From positions 99,512,001 to 99,576,000 of the forward strand of contig NC_087436.1 in assembly GCF_036321535.1 (NCBI RefSeq): a stretch of DNA of 64,000 bases, given 5' to 3'. Positions 24,403 through 37,587 of this stretch are shown here, piece after piece. The translations under genes and the position numbers were made by a program. A model generated the notes under the pieces. The model did not search any database. It saw only the letters and a program-made list of their open reading frames with translations, and was not told where the DNA came from. The stretch is from Camelus dromedarius. Its lineage: Eukaryota. Numbering within the stretch: the stretch's first letter is position 1; the number at the start of each line of letters is the position of its first letter.

Positions 24403-27229
24403 ATACATGTCTGAAATAGTGAGAGTGATTTCCATAAGCTACCCTTAAAAAGCAGATTTATTACTTTGTGTTATGCTGTGACGATGTATAAACAAAAGTA
24501 ATCTCACCTTCATTGTTTCCTTTTTTAGATTTTTTCCTGATTTTTGCTATATTGATACATAATACTTAAAGGTCAAGAGAAGGAGAGGAACAAATGTACC
24601 ATCTGCCTTCCAAATTCACTTTCAATATCTTTTAAGAAATTAAAAAAAATCATTTTTGATCTATTTATGTGCAATAATTGTTAATTTAACCAGGAAAATA
24701 ATAAGTAAAAATGACTATAGTACAACTGAAATACATTAGATAAATGCACACTTTCTGACAGTATTTGACCTGCATGCTGATCTTCGTTATTTAAAACCAG
24801 AAATGAACAGAGCTGCCTATAGGTGCATGACACTGTCTTGTTTCATCTGAAATCGATTTTTTAAGAGCAAGTTTCTTCTTTCATTCCTTCAGCAGCATGC
24901 CCCTTCTCATATATTCAGTTATGCTACATTGCTTGAGGCTGTGCTTCTATGAATCCTTAACATGTTTCTACTGCCCTCTCTGCTTGTGATTACCCCCATT
25001 TCGGCTCACTTTACAGCAGCAGTTGGGTATCCTGCTGGCTTCTATTTTCTGCACATGTGCAGCTCAGTAGAGCTGTGCTATGATGAATATTGTTTCACTG
25101 TTGCAAGACCATATATATTAAAGGGCTCCATTTCTAGTGGCTGTTTCTATCACTGCTGTTCAGTAGGGCTCAGAGGTAGGTTGATGAAACAAACTCTGAA
25201 GCCATATATCTTACAGATTACAAGACACTTCCAGATGCACAAGCTCTGCTGAGGTGGCAGAGGTTGCTCCGCAGTCTTGCCTGAAGTCCAGAGTATCAGA
25301 ACTCCTCTGGAAGTCACTCCTAAGCTGACCCCCAACTGTGACGAGTTTAAGGTCCATCCTTTTGATTGCCTATGAACATACTTTCCCTCTGTATTTACCA
25401 TGGCTACCCAGAGGACAGAAACTATGGTTTAGCCATCCAAATGTGCCTTCGATACTTCCTGTCATAAAGTAGGAGTGTATAAATACACTAACGAGCTAAA
25501 CATTAACTACATTATAAGTTGAAAAATGAGATAAAACTCTGACAATATTAAAGTCATTCTGCTCTTGCTATTTCTAATACTACCTTCCCTAGCCTTCACT
25601 GGATCAATGGCTACCAGGCATAAAAGATTTTATTTTCTCTGGGAAAGAGACCACAGAAAATAACCAGAGGAAAAAAGGAGTCACTGAGTACCTTAATAAG
25701 TTTTGTAAAGTTCAAAAAGCAGGGGCAGATATCTAGTAAGTCAGGTGATTTGAGATTCCCGAGAGGTAAGATTTTTAGAATGAAAACTGGATTTGTTTGT
25801 GTAATTCAAATGTTAAGAGTTTGGCAGATTCAGAGCATAATTTATGCTTAAAAACTTAGTTTGCACATGTGAGCACGTGTGTGTATGTGTCTTGGTGTGG
25901 GGGGTATGAAAGGTATATGTTGAGTATATAAGAGCCAGTTCTCCAACAAAAGGAAATAATCTAGGCAGATCCCTACAAAGATTGCATAGAAAAGAAGATA
26001 ACAAAGTGGACCATGGATGTCGCAGATAGAGGCTTCCACTTTCCCCAGTGTATCAACAAAGAAGAGTTATAATAGGGAAAAAAAAAATGTATTTGTTCAG
26101 CAAGTGTCTGAAATACCCATTTCCGCAACTTCCGATGACTCTGTGGGGTACAGTAGATTATTAAACTGTCCCATATCTCTTAAAAAGAAAGCTAAGATTG
26201 GGCCAGTGGCACCGAAAAGGCCTTATATCTGAGGAAGGGAAAGAGTCACTTCAGTGACGTGACAGTATGTAAAATAACTGGCTTGTGTTCATAAAGGACA
26301 CGTCAATGTCACAAGTGTTTGGGGAGTGAGGGAGACAAGGGCAGCTCAGTAGTGGGTGATGTGGGGATAAAGCCTGAAGAGACGAAAACACATGCTGCCC
26401 TAAACCAAAGATTGATAAAGAAAGAAAACCTGTGTTACCTTCTTAATTCTGCTTATATGATTCCTCTCATACCTTCCCCTTACTTAGATCACCCCACACC
26501 TCACTCCCATCTATTGAGATCCCATCTAGGGAAAAAAGAACAGATGAAAAGGAAGAAATGTAGATTTACTGAGAAATTCTGAATTGGATATAAAAAATTG
26601 AAATTGAAGGCTGAAAGTTATATCATTAGATTCAGTTAGAAAAATACAATTTTAGTTTTCCATATATGATTCGGTGAAATTCATAGCATGACAAAAATTT
26701 CCAAATGTGGCAGAGAATCAACACTGGTCTGGACAAAGACAGAGTTACAGCCTGCTTACCATTGCCTAGATAAATCCTGAGCCCCTCTTCTAGTCCTTTG
26801 ACCTCTAGGATGAGTTTCTTTATTATAGCCTGTCTCCTCCTCCCTGTCCCCACCATGCCCATGATTTTGTCTTTGTTTAATAGAAATTTTCACTGGCTTT
26901 CCGTATACAGAAGTTGACTCCTCTTTCTTCCTTTTGACCACCACAAATTGAATTACTTTTCACTTCTTACATTTTCACATTTCTGTGCTCTCAAAAAAGG
27001 CACTAATTTGATATAAAATGTTAAAGGAATAAAAATTTCCCTAAGAATTATAATTTCAAGTTTGGGATAGGTTGCAGGAATAAAATCTCCCCTGTGCAAT
27101 TTTACCAATTATTAGCTTATTTCCTCTGCAATCTGTCGTCTCTGTCTCTCTGTTTTGCCTTTGTCTCTCTCAAAATATCCTTTGTGTGTGTGTGTGTTGT
27201 ATGCATTTTTTAACATAGGAGTGTAGGTT

Positions 27230-28340
27230 TCAGGAATTGTCACCTTTTATCCTTTTAATGTTTCAACCTTTGTTTACTAAGAATAAGGAGATTTCCTTAA
27301 ATAACCTCAGTGAAATTAATACATTTATGGAATTTAACAGTAATACAATACTTTAACCCACTATCTCCACTCCAGTTTGTTCAATTGTGCCAATAATATC
27401 CTGTGTAGGACCATTCTCTGTGCGGGATCCTACCCAGGCTATGTCATGAATAAAGTTTGGATCTCTCTTTAGCTTTCTTTCATCTGGGACAGTTCCTCAG
27501 CCTTTTTTTGACTTTCTTGACATTGAGATTCCTTGAAGAATGCAAGGCGGTTATTTTATAGACTATCTCTCAGTTTGGATTTGTTTGATGTTTCCTCATG
27601 ATTAGATTCAGTTTATGCATTTCTGGCTGGCACAATTCTTAACGTGATTCTGTGTCCTCCTCAGGACATCACAGTGGAGGCCTGGGATGTTCCTTTGCAA
27701 TTTATCGGCAATGTTATTTTTGCTCACTTGGTTAAAGTGTTGTCCGTTTTATCCACTTCATAATTATACCTTTTCCTTTTGTAACTAATAAATAATTTGA
27801 GAAGAGATCCTATAAGAATATATACATATCTTATTCCTCATCAGATGCTCTCCTCTTACTAATGAAGCATGTATTGTTGATTCTTGCCAGAATCGATTCA
27901 TACTGTGTTGGTTGCAAAGGTAATTGTTTTAACAATACACTTCCTTCTCTACTTACTATTTGATTCTATGCTGAAATAAAGAATTTCCCTTCTCCACTAT
28001 TTATTCTTTAATTTATTTATATATTTATGCACACATAGATACATATGTGCATGTGATTATTTTCAATACAGACTCAGAGATTCTGACTTTGTTCAACAAA
28101 ACTGTTAATGTCTCTATATATTTTGACTGCTAAATTGCACCAGTTTGACTAGTTGGAACATTGCCAGACCAGCTCCTTCAGCACTTTGCCACATCACCCC
28201 ATCATTATTTTTAAGCATTTCCTTACTTTCTTGCAAAGTAAGATGTTTTAGTCTCATCATCTAGCTTCCCTGTCCCCGACCTAGACTCAATCATTTTCCC
28301 AAGGGTTTGTAGTTTCTTATAGCAATTAATGGGTATTTCT
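27230..28340 (-). mobile_element. L1MC4/L1MC5-like 3' UTR
   Basis: ctaagaataaggag...atttaacagtaatacaatac...gtttcctcatgattagattcag...ctcacttggttaaagtgttgtc...aagcatttccttactttct. Confidence 0.8.
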
Positions 28341-28740
28341 GGCTAGGACTTCTTATGAGTTTTCTTAGTTAGTTGTCCCACTGGATCTGCAGTGATCTGA
28401 CGGTTTGACTGGGGCTGAGGGAGCCACATGGATCACTCATATGGTTGTCAGGTTGGTATTGGTTGTTTGATGGAGACCTTAGCATCCTCTTCAATGTGGG
28501 TGTCTCCCCAGGATGGCTTGAGTGTTCTCATGATAATGTGACTGGCTTCCCTCAGATTGATAGATCCAAGAAAATAAGATAAATGTGTTAGTGTCTCTTA
28601 TGACCTAGTCTTGGAAAGCACACATTATCACATGTGGTATCTCTTGGTCATTCAAACCCTGATTCAGTGTAAGAATGAACTACATAGGGTAATGACAGGG
28701 GAAGGTAAGTATCATTGGGTTAAATCTTAGATGCCAATTA
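28340..28740 (-). mobile_element. MaLR LTR fragment (MLT1G/H-like)
   Basis: gtttgactggggctgaggg...atggcttgagtgttctcatgataatgtgactggcttccc...cttatgacctagtcttggaa. Confidence 0.7.
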
Positions 28741-28808
28741 TAACAGAAATCAAAAATCAGGTACATGTTTGTTTCTGGGCTTTTCAGCGAACAAGGCCAG
28801 AACATATA

Positions 28809-28812
<4 letters not shown>

Positions 28813-28860
<48 letters not shown>

Positions 28861-28874
28861 TTGTGTGTGTGTGT
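28813..28874. repeat. Interrupted (GT)n microsatellite
   Basis: About 30 GT units with two TT interruptions. Confidence 0.95.
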
Positions 28875-28929
28875 AAATGTAAAAAATTTGAAAATATAAA
28901 ACAAAGGACTTTACTAGGTTCTGAAAAAT

Positions 28930-31900
28930 GGATGATGAAGTTCTGAATTATAGTAATGATTATAAAGATGAAAAGGAGGGGTACAGATTTAAGAAAAAAA
29001 TTAGTAGATACAATATTAAGACTTGGTAATTAATTAGAAGTGGTGGATTTGAAGTTATTAAATCAAGGAGGTAATTCTAGATTTCTACTCTGGGTAACTA
29101 CCTGAATAACAATGCTGAGCATTGGCATGGAAATTAATAGAGATATTATATTTAATGGAAAATATATAAAAATTATCTTAGAGACTATTGAAGTTGAGGC
29201 AATGATATGGGCATTCTGCTAGAGATGTCAAGTATGAATTTCTTTTAGGATTCTAGAGATTTGAGCAAGCCTGTTGAGTAAATGAAATGAAGCATTTTAG
29301 AAAGTCAAAGAGGGAGAAGAGAGAGTAACTGAATGATAGTGTAAGGTCTAAAGATGACAAAGAAAGATGGGGTCAGGAATCCAAGTGGAGTGATTGTCTT
29401 TGAGTATCAGAAAAATAAATAAACCATTCTTAGAACCAGAGTGAAAAGCCAAATTCTGGTTTTATCACTTGTAAAAATTTAGAGTATTATTTCCTAGCCG
29501 TATTTTGAGAAATCTCACAATAAAAATAGTAAGTCATACTAATAATTTGCAAACATAGGAATCATATCTTAGTATACCAGTTTCTCCCCTTGCTACCCAC
29601 CCGCCCTTCCTTGCTCTTTTTACTGTGTGCTGGCTATCTAAGAAGACTTGGCCTGGGGAAAAAAATTAGGAAAAAAGTTTTTTCCTTTCCAGAACTTATG
29701 TTAAACTATTGTAACAGCAAAAATTATTTTTTTAACCAACCCCCTCACTTCCCTAGCCATGCACACATTCAACAGTTTATTATCTTTGTAGATAAAATAT
29801 TTGCATGTGACAACAAAGATGAGGTTATATTTATATTTATGCTCATATAACTGTTTCTTAGTTTACCAAGGCAAGAAGTTAGCCGTCTCAAAAGAGGTCT
29901 AGGAACTGAGTGAGATCTTTGGGTATTCCAGTGTTAAAAGTTGGAGAGATTATTTAGAATCTGCAAAGACACAGGGAAGAACTAGAAGCAGTCAAGAGAT
30001 AGGAAGAAAAAGGGGGATGTTTCTTTTCTGGAAGCTAAGTGAAAAAGTATGACAAAGGGGAGTAGAGATCATCTGTGTTAATTGTATTGCTATGTCAAGT
30101 GAGATGAGAGCTGAGATTGACAATCTGATTTATCAAGGTCAAGGTTCTTGTTGATCCTGACAAGAGCAATATGGAGTGCTAGAGACAAAACTGATTGGAA
30201 TGAGTTTCAGGCAGCAGAAAAAGTGAAGATCTCAAGTGTACATATTTTTTAAAGAATCACTGCTGTAAATGAAAGCATTGAACACTTGAGTGGGATAAAG
30301 TGGCTATGAACTCAAGAGATGGGTTTGTTTATTCAATGTTTGAAGTGGGAAGTATTAGTGTGACTGTATACAGATAGGGACGATTAGACAGGGAAAGAGC
30401 AGGTACTACTGGAACAATGGGCTGGTTTTAAGTGAGAGAATATGAGATATAGTGCGCAAATTGATGGGTTGGTCTTAGACAAAAGCAGAAAGTAAATCCA
30501 TATTAATAAACTGAAGCATGAGACAAATGGGGAGGGTGATGGTAGTTGGCTTATGAGTTTTATTTTTATTATAATTGTTTTTATTTTCTTGGTAAAGTAA
30601 TTAGCAAGGTCATAGTCTGTGTGTGAGAACAGAGGACAGAATTTTGAAGGTCTCAGCAGACAGAACAGGAGATTTAATAATTATCTAGGCGCATGGGTAA
30701 GTGTATGGATGAGGGAAATTTAGTATGGGTTTCAGGCAGCATTAAAGGCTCAGTTGAAAAGAGTGGTAGTAACTTAAAGTAAGACTATTTAGCATGGTTA
30801 CATGTACAAATACCAAGCCAGCAGATATTTAACTAGGCTGGGTATTATTTTATGGTATCTGAGGAATGAGAAAGTATTAAGGAAGTATTAAAATTACTGA
30901 GGTTATAAAATAAGGAGATGATTACATTGTTAGAACAAGACATTGAATTTGAATAAAAGGTGATGTGAGGGCACAAAGTAGGTGAGAGGCCATAAAGAAT
31001 AAAAATAATTATTAAAATATAACTCTCAGAATTGATCAAAAATTGTAGGTATCTGGGTATTGGTTAGAGTTATCTGGATGAAAGAAGTGAAGTCATAATT
31101 AGGTGCTTGAACTTGAGATTGTGGAGGGGCTTCACTTATCATTCAGTAATGATATATGTTCTAGAGTTTGGTTCAGGAAGTGAGAGGTAGGATAGGAGAC
31201 AAGGCAGGTAGAAGAGAAGAACTAAAGGACTTGAGAAACCAGGGTGCTGGAAGAATGATCTGTGAGGATATTGACATTGCCAGGAATATGGCAAGACAAT
31301 GAGTGACGGTGAGAGTGAACTAGCTAAACTGTTCAAGGAATGATTGGGAGTGACCTTGAAGTTGACAAATGACTGAAGCAAGGAGCTTTAACATGATATA
31401 CTCTTGACACCTTCATTCAATACTGGCTGTTTTTAGGGAGGGAAGGGACAAAATGGTCTGAAAGTGGGAATGAGGTGGAAAAACACCTAGTCTACTTCAA
31501 AGCTTACTGCTGAGAGATCATGGGAAAAGAAACTGCCAGTGAACAGTTTGGAGATGTCCTAAGAGGCTAAATCCTGATGGGAGAGCCAAATCAGAGGAAG
31601 AAGGCAAAGGAAAACGGTAACCATTTTAGGTAAATGGTTGAGCATCAGGGGACTTGGCTGATAACTGTGTGTTCCAGATTATACAGTGGAAAATCTTCAG
31701 AACTTATTGAGGGGTAGAGAAATGAGTCAAGAAAGAGTTTGTACACAGCTGACTAAGGGATTAGAATCTACCAATCCAAGGCTTCTCATGGTGACTGATT
31801 TAACCAGAGGATCACTGAGTCAGCCTTGAGAGTGTCTAGACTGTGAGTGATGGGGAAGCTTGGAGCACTGTGAGCGGGGAAGTGAAGGAGGGGTGCCTCC
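28930..31900 (-). mobile_element. Long LINE-2 fossil spanning the EN and RT regions
   Basis: Minus translation at ~30170-30070 gives IALVRINKNLDLDKSDCQ..ALISLDI (L2 RT: TALVKVTNDL..LILLDL). At 31290-31150 it gives IPGNVNILTDHSSSTLVSQVL*FFSS..LVSYPTSH..QTLEHI (APE: GDFNI..HTLDL). Confidence 0.8.
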
Positions 31901-32299
31901 TGGTCATGAATTGAGGAGACGTGGGCAGAAGCTGAAGCACCCAGAACTCTTCTGACCTGCTGCCTGTGAGAGTGCTTGACTTGAATTTGAGTTCACTCTC
32001 CAGCAGATACTGTTAGGTTTTGGGGGGTTTTCTGTTTGTCATTTTTGTTTTGTTTTCTAATTTCTTGAGTAATCTTTCTATGATTTCTTTAGTTTCCCTA
32101 ATATCTAAAATATTTATTGAGTTTCCTACTTTCTTATTTCTGAGTCTTGTTCTTGATTGCTAACTTATATTATCTTCATATATTATCAAAAATATATCAT
32201 ATAAATAAGCTCTTATTTGATTTCTAGTAACAAAAACACATTTAAAAGAGCAGAAAGAAGTCAAAGAGAGGAAATGTTTTTTATTGTGGTGAATTTTAC

Positions 32300-32490
32300 A
32301 TGAAATAGATAAATCACATTTTGTAATTTATAACGGTCTTATTTGAGTCTCAAGGAAATCTCTCTTAAGATAATATTAACAATTTTTATCTCTATTTTAA
32401 AGTGAGAAACTAGATTAAAAGGAGCTAATTAATTGGTTTACCCAATATCGCACCACTAAAACACTTTAGACTAAGGATTTCACTCAAGTT
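32300..32490 (-). mobile_element. MIR SINE remnant
   Basis: atctctattttaaagtgagaaactag...tacccaatatcgcaccacta...aggatttcactcaag. Confidence 0.6.
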
Positions 32491-33149
32491 TCCTTTTCTG
32501 GTTAATTATAAATTATCTTAATATCCTGGATTTTACAAGAGGCATAGTAAAGGCTTGATAAGGGAAGCCAGTGTTATCACAGACTTTGAGGACCACCAAC
32601 AACCTTGGGAATATGTCAGGGCAGTTCACATTGTTTCTTACGTAGAAGAAACCTAGGAGGTATTGTGAATGTGACTGCACATTCAACTTGTAAGTGCACC
32701 TAACAATGTGGAAGTTGACTTCCAGGAAGAGTTTTACAATTTTACTCTAATTATCCACCTTCTTGTCTTACTGTTGGCATTCTCTCTGCCTGAGATATTT
32801 TCAGCAGTCAAAATTTTGCTCAAATTGTCATCACAATTCCTCTTCTTCAATAAAACATTTCTTGATCCAGGATTAGACTATAACCTCTCCTTTAATCTCT
32901 TAGGAGTTGTCTTTCTACATTTATTCTATCACATTATACATTTTCCATCTTATACTATAGCCCTTGGGTAATCACCCATAACTTGCTTACAAAGTGTAGA
33001 TGGTGATAACTAGTGTGGTTGGACACCTTTCAAAGAAAGAAATATACATACTCTGCAATGTTATTAGGAATAAATAAAGGATGAACAGAAGTGTTTTGTA
33101 CAATATAAGATGCTAAACAAATATGGTATATGCTGTTATTAATAGTAAA

Positions 33150-33430
33150 AATACATGGCAGAGCATCATGAGTAGGAACTTAGGGTATAGCTTAAGACCT
33201 ATGTTGAAGCCCAGCTCCATCACTTTCTTGTCTTGGGCAAACTATTTAACTTCTCTGGGTCACATAATTCTCATCTATAAAATGGGGCTAGTAAAAAACT
33301 GCTTTATAAAGTTCTTCATTCATTCTTTCAATAAACTTTCACTATCAAATGGCATAGGTGCATATTAAATTAATTGATACATAAAGCACCTAGGAAATCA
33401 ATATCTAGTGAGACCTCATTAAATGTGAGA
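33150..33430 (+). mobile_element. MIR SINE
   Basis: cccagctccatcact...cttgggcaaactatttaacttctctggg...ctcatctataaaatgggg. Confidence 0.8.
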
Positions 33431-34490
33431 TATGTGTTTTCCTATTAATTTGTTGAGAAAAATTCCTTGAATATAGGTGACACTCAAAACATGGCTATTA
33501 AACATTTAAATTAATTACAATTTAGGAATATGTCAAACAGAATTTTAAAATATCCAAAGCAGTGTGCTAAATGGCCATTTTCCTATAGTCTTATGAGAAC
33601 AGAATAAATCCAGTATCCATGAAAATCCCAACAAAAATATACCCACCATGCCCAATATCTTTACTTTATGTCAGAAACCAATTTCGAACTATACAAAAAG
33701 GCAGGATTTTTAATCAAACTTAAAAATATACTATTAATGCATAAACCCTGATTCATATGAAGTACTTAAATATTAAAGAAAGTCAAAATCCTTTCTGACA
33801 GTGTCTGACCTTTTTGCTTATCTATTCCTAAAATACATCTTGCCTATCAACCAAAGCTTTAATCACTTTCTCATTTCAGATATTGAAAGAGAGATTCCAT
33901 TAAATCAAGTAAAGGTCATCTTTCTTTGAAATATAGATTATTCACCTGCACTCTTTAAAGAAGCAGAGATTGGAGAGCAAATGCAATAGAGGCACCTTTC
34001 TCCCCACTCTTCAAAGTAATAAGTAAGCAGCCAAAAGGATTAAGGATGATTATGTTCAGATCTCAAGAACTGAGTTCCAAACCAGATATAAAATACAATT
34101 CCCGTACTCAAGAGTCGAATCCATATGTTGAAAAAGAAAGGACATATTCCATTTCCCTGGGTTTCTTTTGAAGACTTTATGAACTATATTCATTTTAACA
34201 AACATCTTAACATTGCCTCATTAGTACTGGGGAGAGACTTGGGGTTACAGAACTCCTATTGGATTTGGCCCCCTAGAACTCACATATACCAGATGCCAGG
34301 AATTTAGAAGAAGTAGATTAAGTAAAGACAAAAAGCAGACACCGGATCAACAATTTGGGGAGGAAGGTGTATTGGGAGTCTGGAAAGAAGAAACCAAGAA
34401 AATAGTAACCCAAGCTGAATTGACTCAAGGTCTTGTGATATCTAAATTTAAGGTTCATTTCTGCATATTTCATTGTTAATTATCATATTG

Positions 34491-34541
<51 letters not shown>
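34491..34541. repeat. (TAGA)n tetranucleotide STR
   Basis: About 12 perfect units. Confidence 0.97.
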
Positions 34542-36702
34542 GAACAGCTTTATTTGTAAAAGTGGTTCCAGTTACAATCATTTTAAACATTTTTACCAGG
34601 TATGCAAGATTAGATGTACACAACTAATTTCATATGTCAGATTTACTTATTAAATTTTATTTGTAGTCAAAGCTGAGCTTACCCTGTTGCTCTTATAAAA
34701 TGGATATAAGTGTACAGGTTAAAATGAGTGGGTCATTGTTATTGTGCAAGTCAGCTTCATTTTTAAGACATGAGATTTGTCCTAACTTTTAAGAAGTGGG
34801 TGATTGGGTGATTGGGAGGATGGCTATACGTAAAAACATCACGACTGTTAACTGTGTATAAAACATAGTGCACTAGAATGATGGAAAAAGAGCATCTTTC
34901 TCTGTTTCACAGGGCCCGGCAGTTTCAACCATAAAGAAAAAAAAAATCTTAGAAAAGAACACTATTAACTTATATTAAAAGTCCATTAGAACATAGTCAA
35001 CTTGCTGTTTTATTATTTACTAGGTTTATATGGACCTTTTTGCAAAACTCCATTGTTATTATAATGTGAATTATTTTGCACTGAACATTATACTTGAGCT
35101 ATAAAATCGCAGAGTAACCATAGAGTTGTACTAAAAAATGATAACAGTTGACTAGCATTATGTTTTTAAAAACATCTCATTGCATAATAAAGTATTTCTT
35201 CACACAAAAACTGAGCAGTTTTCACTTCCATGATTATAATTAAAAATGGAAGACGCTCCTAGCAGTCTTTAAGTTTTTATAAACATCTAACATATGGAAT
35301 GTAAATTTTTGTTATTATATTATTTTCTGGCTGCAGGATTCTCAAGTTTTTTAGTTTCATGATACAAAAGCAATATGCAAATAGTTATCAAACAAAATTA
35401 AATTATAGGAAGAAAATCTTTAACACACCATGGGACCAGTGAAATTTACAGTGCTTAGAGTTTCCTGATGAATGCTGGTATTTCACTGTTAATCGATTGC
35501 AGCAGGTAGGAGGAACAGCATTTAGTAAGCCAAGTAGGGATGTATATCTGTTTTTATAAAGTGTGTCCATTCCTCTCATTTCATATATCAAAAGCAGTAT
35601 ATTAACATAAGTTACTTCAACATGCAGGAAATAGAACTCATCACTGGTAAAATGAAGTCAGGAGAAAGTTCATGTTTCACAATTCAATCACTTACCTTCA
35701 AAATGAAGATTGCAAACAGCACAAGTTTTTGCAGTGTGGCTGAGTAGGAAGAAGCGACTCCCTCCCTTTGTTTACTGCTGTCATTGACACACTTGGAATC
35801 ACTGCCACTAACAGGCTTGTTGCTGCAGCATCATGATTTTGGCATCCAACTATAATTATAATCAAAATAAAGGCCTATGGGGCAATGCACCTTGTCTCCA
35901 TCAGCATCATATCTAGAATTTTGTTCCTACTACTTCTTCCTTACTGAGTTGAACTGCATGCTCATAATCAATTGGAGTCTCAATGGGCTGCAAGGGATAT
36001 AAATACAAGAAAATATTTCTCTTTGTTATAAATCCTTTACTATTATTTAATAGGATATGAGTTATACAAGGTATTTCTTGTATAAAAGAAATACAAGAAA
36101 CTACTTCTTTTTACATATTCTTAACTAACTATACAATCAGAAAGGACTAGACATGCATTCATTTTATTGTTTTAGGGCCATTCTCCCATAAAAAGGAGTA
36201 TAGAAAGTTGTTCCACAGAGCATCACCTCCTAATAAGAAGGGCAGTCCCAACTACAAGGGGAGTATAGGATAATGACCCCTAAAACTGCAAAATGGAGAA
36301 TGGGAACTTATTGCGGATACACATTTGGGAGGTATCTGACCACACAGCAATGCACCAAGCTGAAGTGATCATTTAAACAGTTTAACACCCAATTCCCTTT
36401 CCTAAATTAACTGGCTGCTCCAGGCGAAAGTGATTTCAGGCTACACTGTAGAGATCGCTGACTTAATCTGACACGTCACTTTGTATGACCCCATAGGTTT
36501 AAAAGCTCACACAGCTGGTTTTCTGAGCTGATTAATCTTATGAGGATGGTACAGCAGAGAAACAGAAGTTAAAACCAGTGTAAGTCACAATCAGTCCAAG
36601 TTACAGGTCAGCAAACATTGCAACCAAATCACTAAATACTGTATATTTACTCAACTATATACATGATCCATCTAAGTCAAGTTCTTATTATTTATCACTT
36701 TC

Positions 36703-36830
36703 CCAGTAGTTCTAAAATGTGCTCTAAAAATAGCCACTGAATTTGCTGAATATTTTGCAAATTCCTGGGCCCTACACTTGGAGATTCTAATTTAGATTGT
36801 CTAACGGGAGATCTAAAAATTCGCCAAATA
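36703..36830. mobile_element. hAT-Charlie MER5-like fragment
   Basis: cagtagttctaaaatgtg...tgcaaattcctgggccctac...gagattctaatttag. Confidence 0.55.
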
Positions 36831-37419
36831 GACAATTTCATAAACATTGATAATTAGTGTATTATCATATGCTGGATTTATAATAGGTATTCAGTAGTTT
36901 AGTTAAACTGAAACATGGCTAAAGAAGTAATTTTATTGCCCCCAAGATACACTTCACTGGGTCTTCTCCCTTGTTTCTTGTTTTCTTCTGTCACTTAATG
37001 CATTCTTAATGCATTCTATCTTCCCAATTCCATTATTACTTTGCCTGAAATATTGAGGACTTTTTAAAGAATAGGGAATAAACCCCAAACTTTATAGCCT
37101 CTCATATTCTGGATGCAGCGAAGTTTTCATCCTTATTTTCCACAATTTCACAACATATATTTTGTACACAAACCAATTTGGGCAATTTCTGCAACTTGTG
37201 TTCCACTGCATTTTTCTAGTATGTCATGGTCTCTGCATTTAATCTCTCCAATTTTCATCTTTTGATATTCTATCCCATTCACCAAGGCCCAACCCAAATG
37301 TCACTTTCTTTAGAATTTAACCACTCTCATTGTACTTCATTCCATTTAAAAAAAAAATCCCATTTTATCCAAAGATCTTCATGCATTAACGGCCTTCATT
37401 AGAGAAAGATCCACTACAT

Positions 37420-37587
37420 CTGTGCTGTCTAATATGGTAGCCAATAGCCACACGTGTTTAAATTGAAATTATTAAAAAAGAATAACATTAAAAATCAGTT
37501 TCTCAGTCACATTAGGTACATTTCAGTTCGATGGCACAGATATAGAGTACTTCCATCATTGCAGAAAGTTCTGTTGGAGAAGTGCTG
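37420..37587. mobile_element. hAT-Charlie MER3/MER33-like MITE, internally deleted
   Basis: ctgtgctgtctaatatggtagccaatagccac...ttccatcattgcagaaagttctgttgga...gctg. Confidence 0.8.

Noticed and set aside
36724..36733. Perfect MEF2 site CTAAAAATAG
   Set aside because: Isolated and within a MER5-like fossil; such AT-rich motifs are frequent by chance here.
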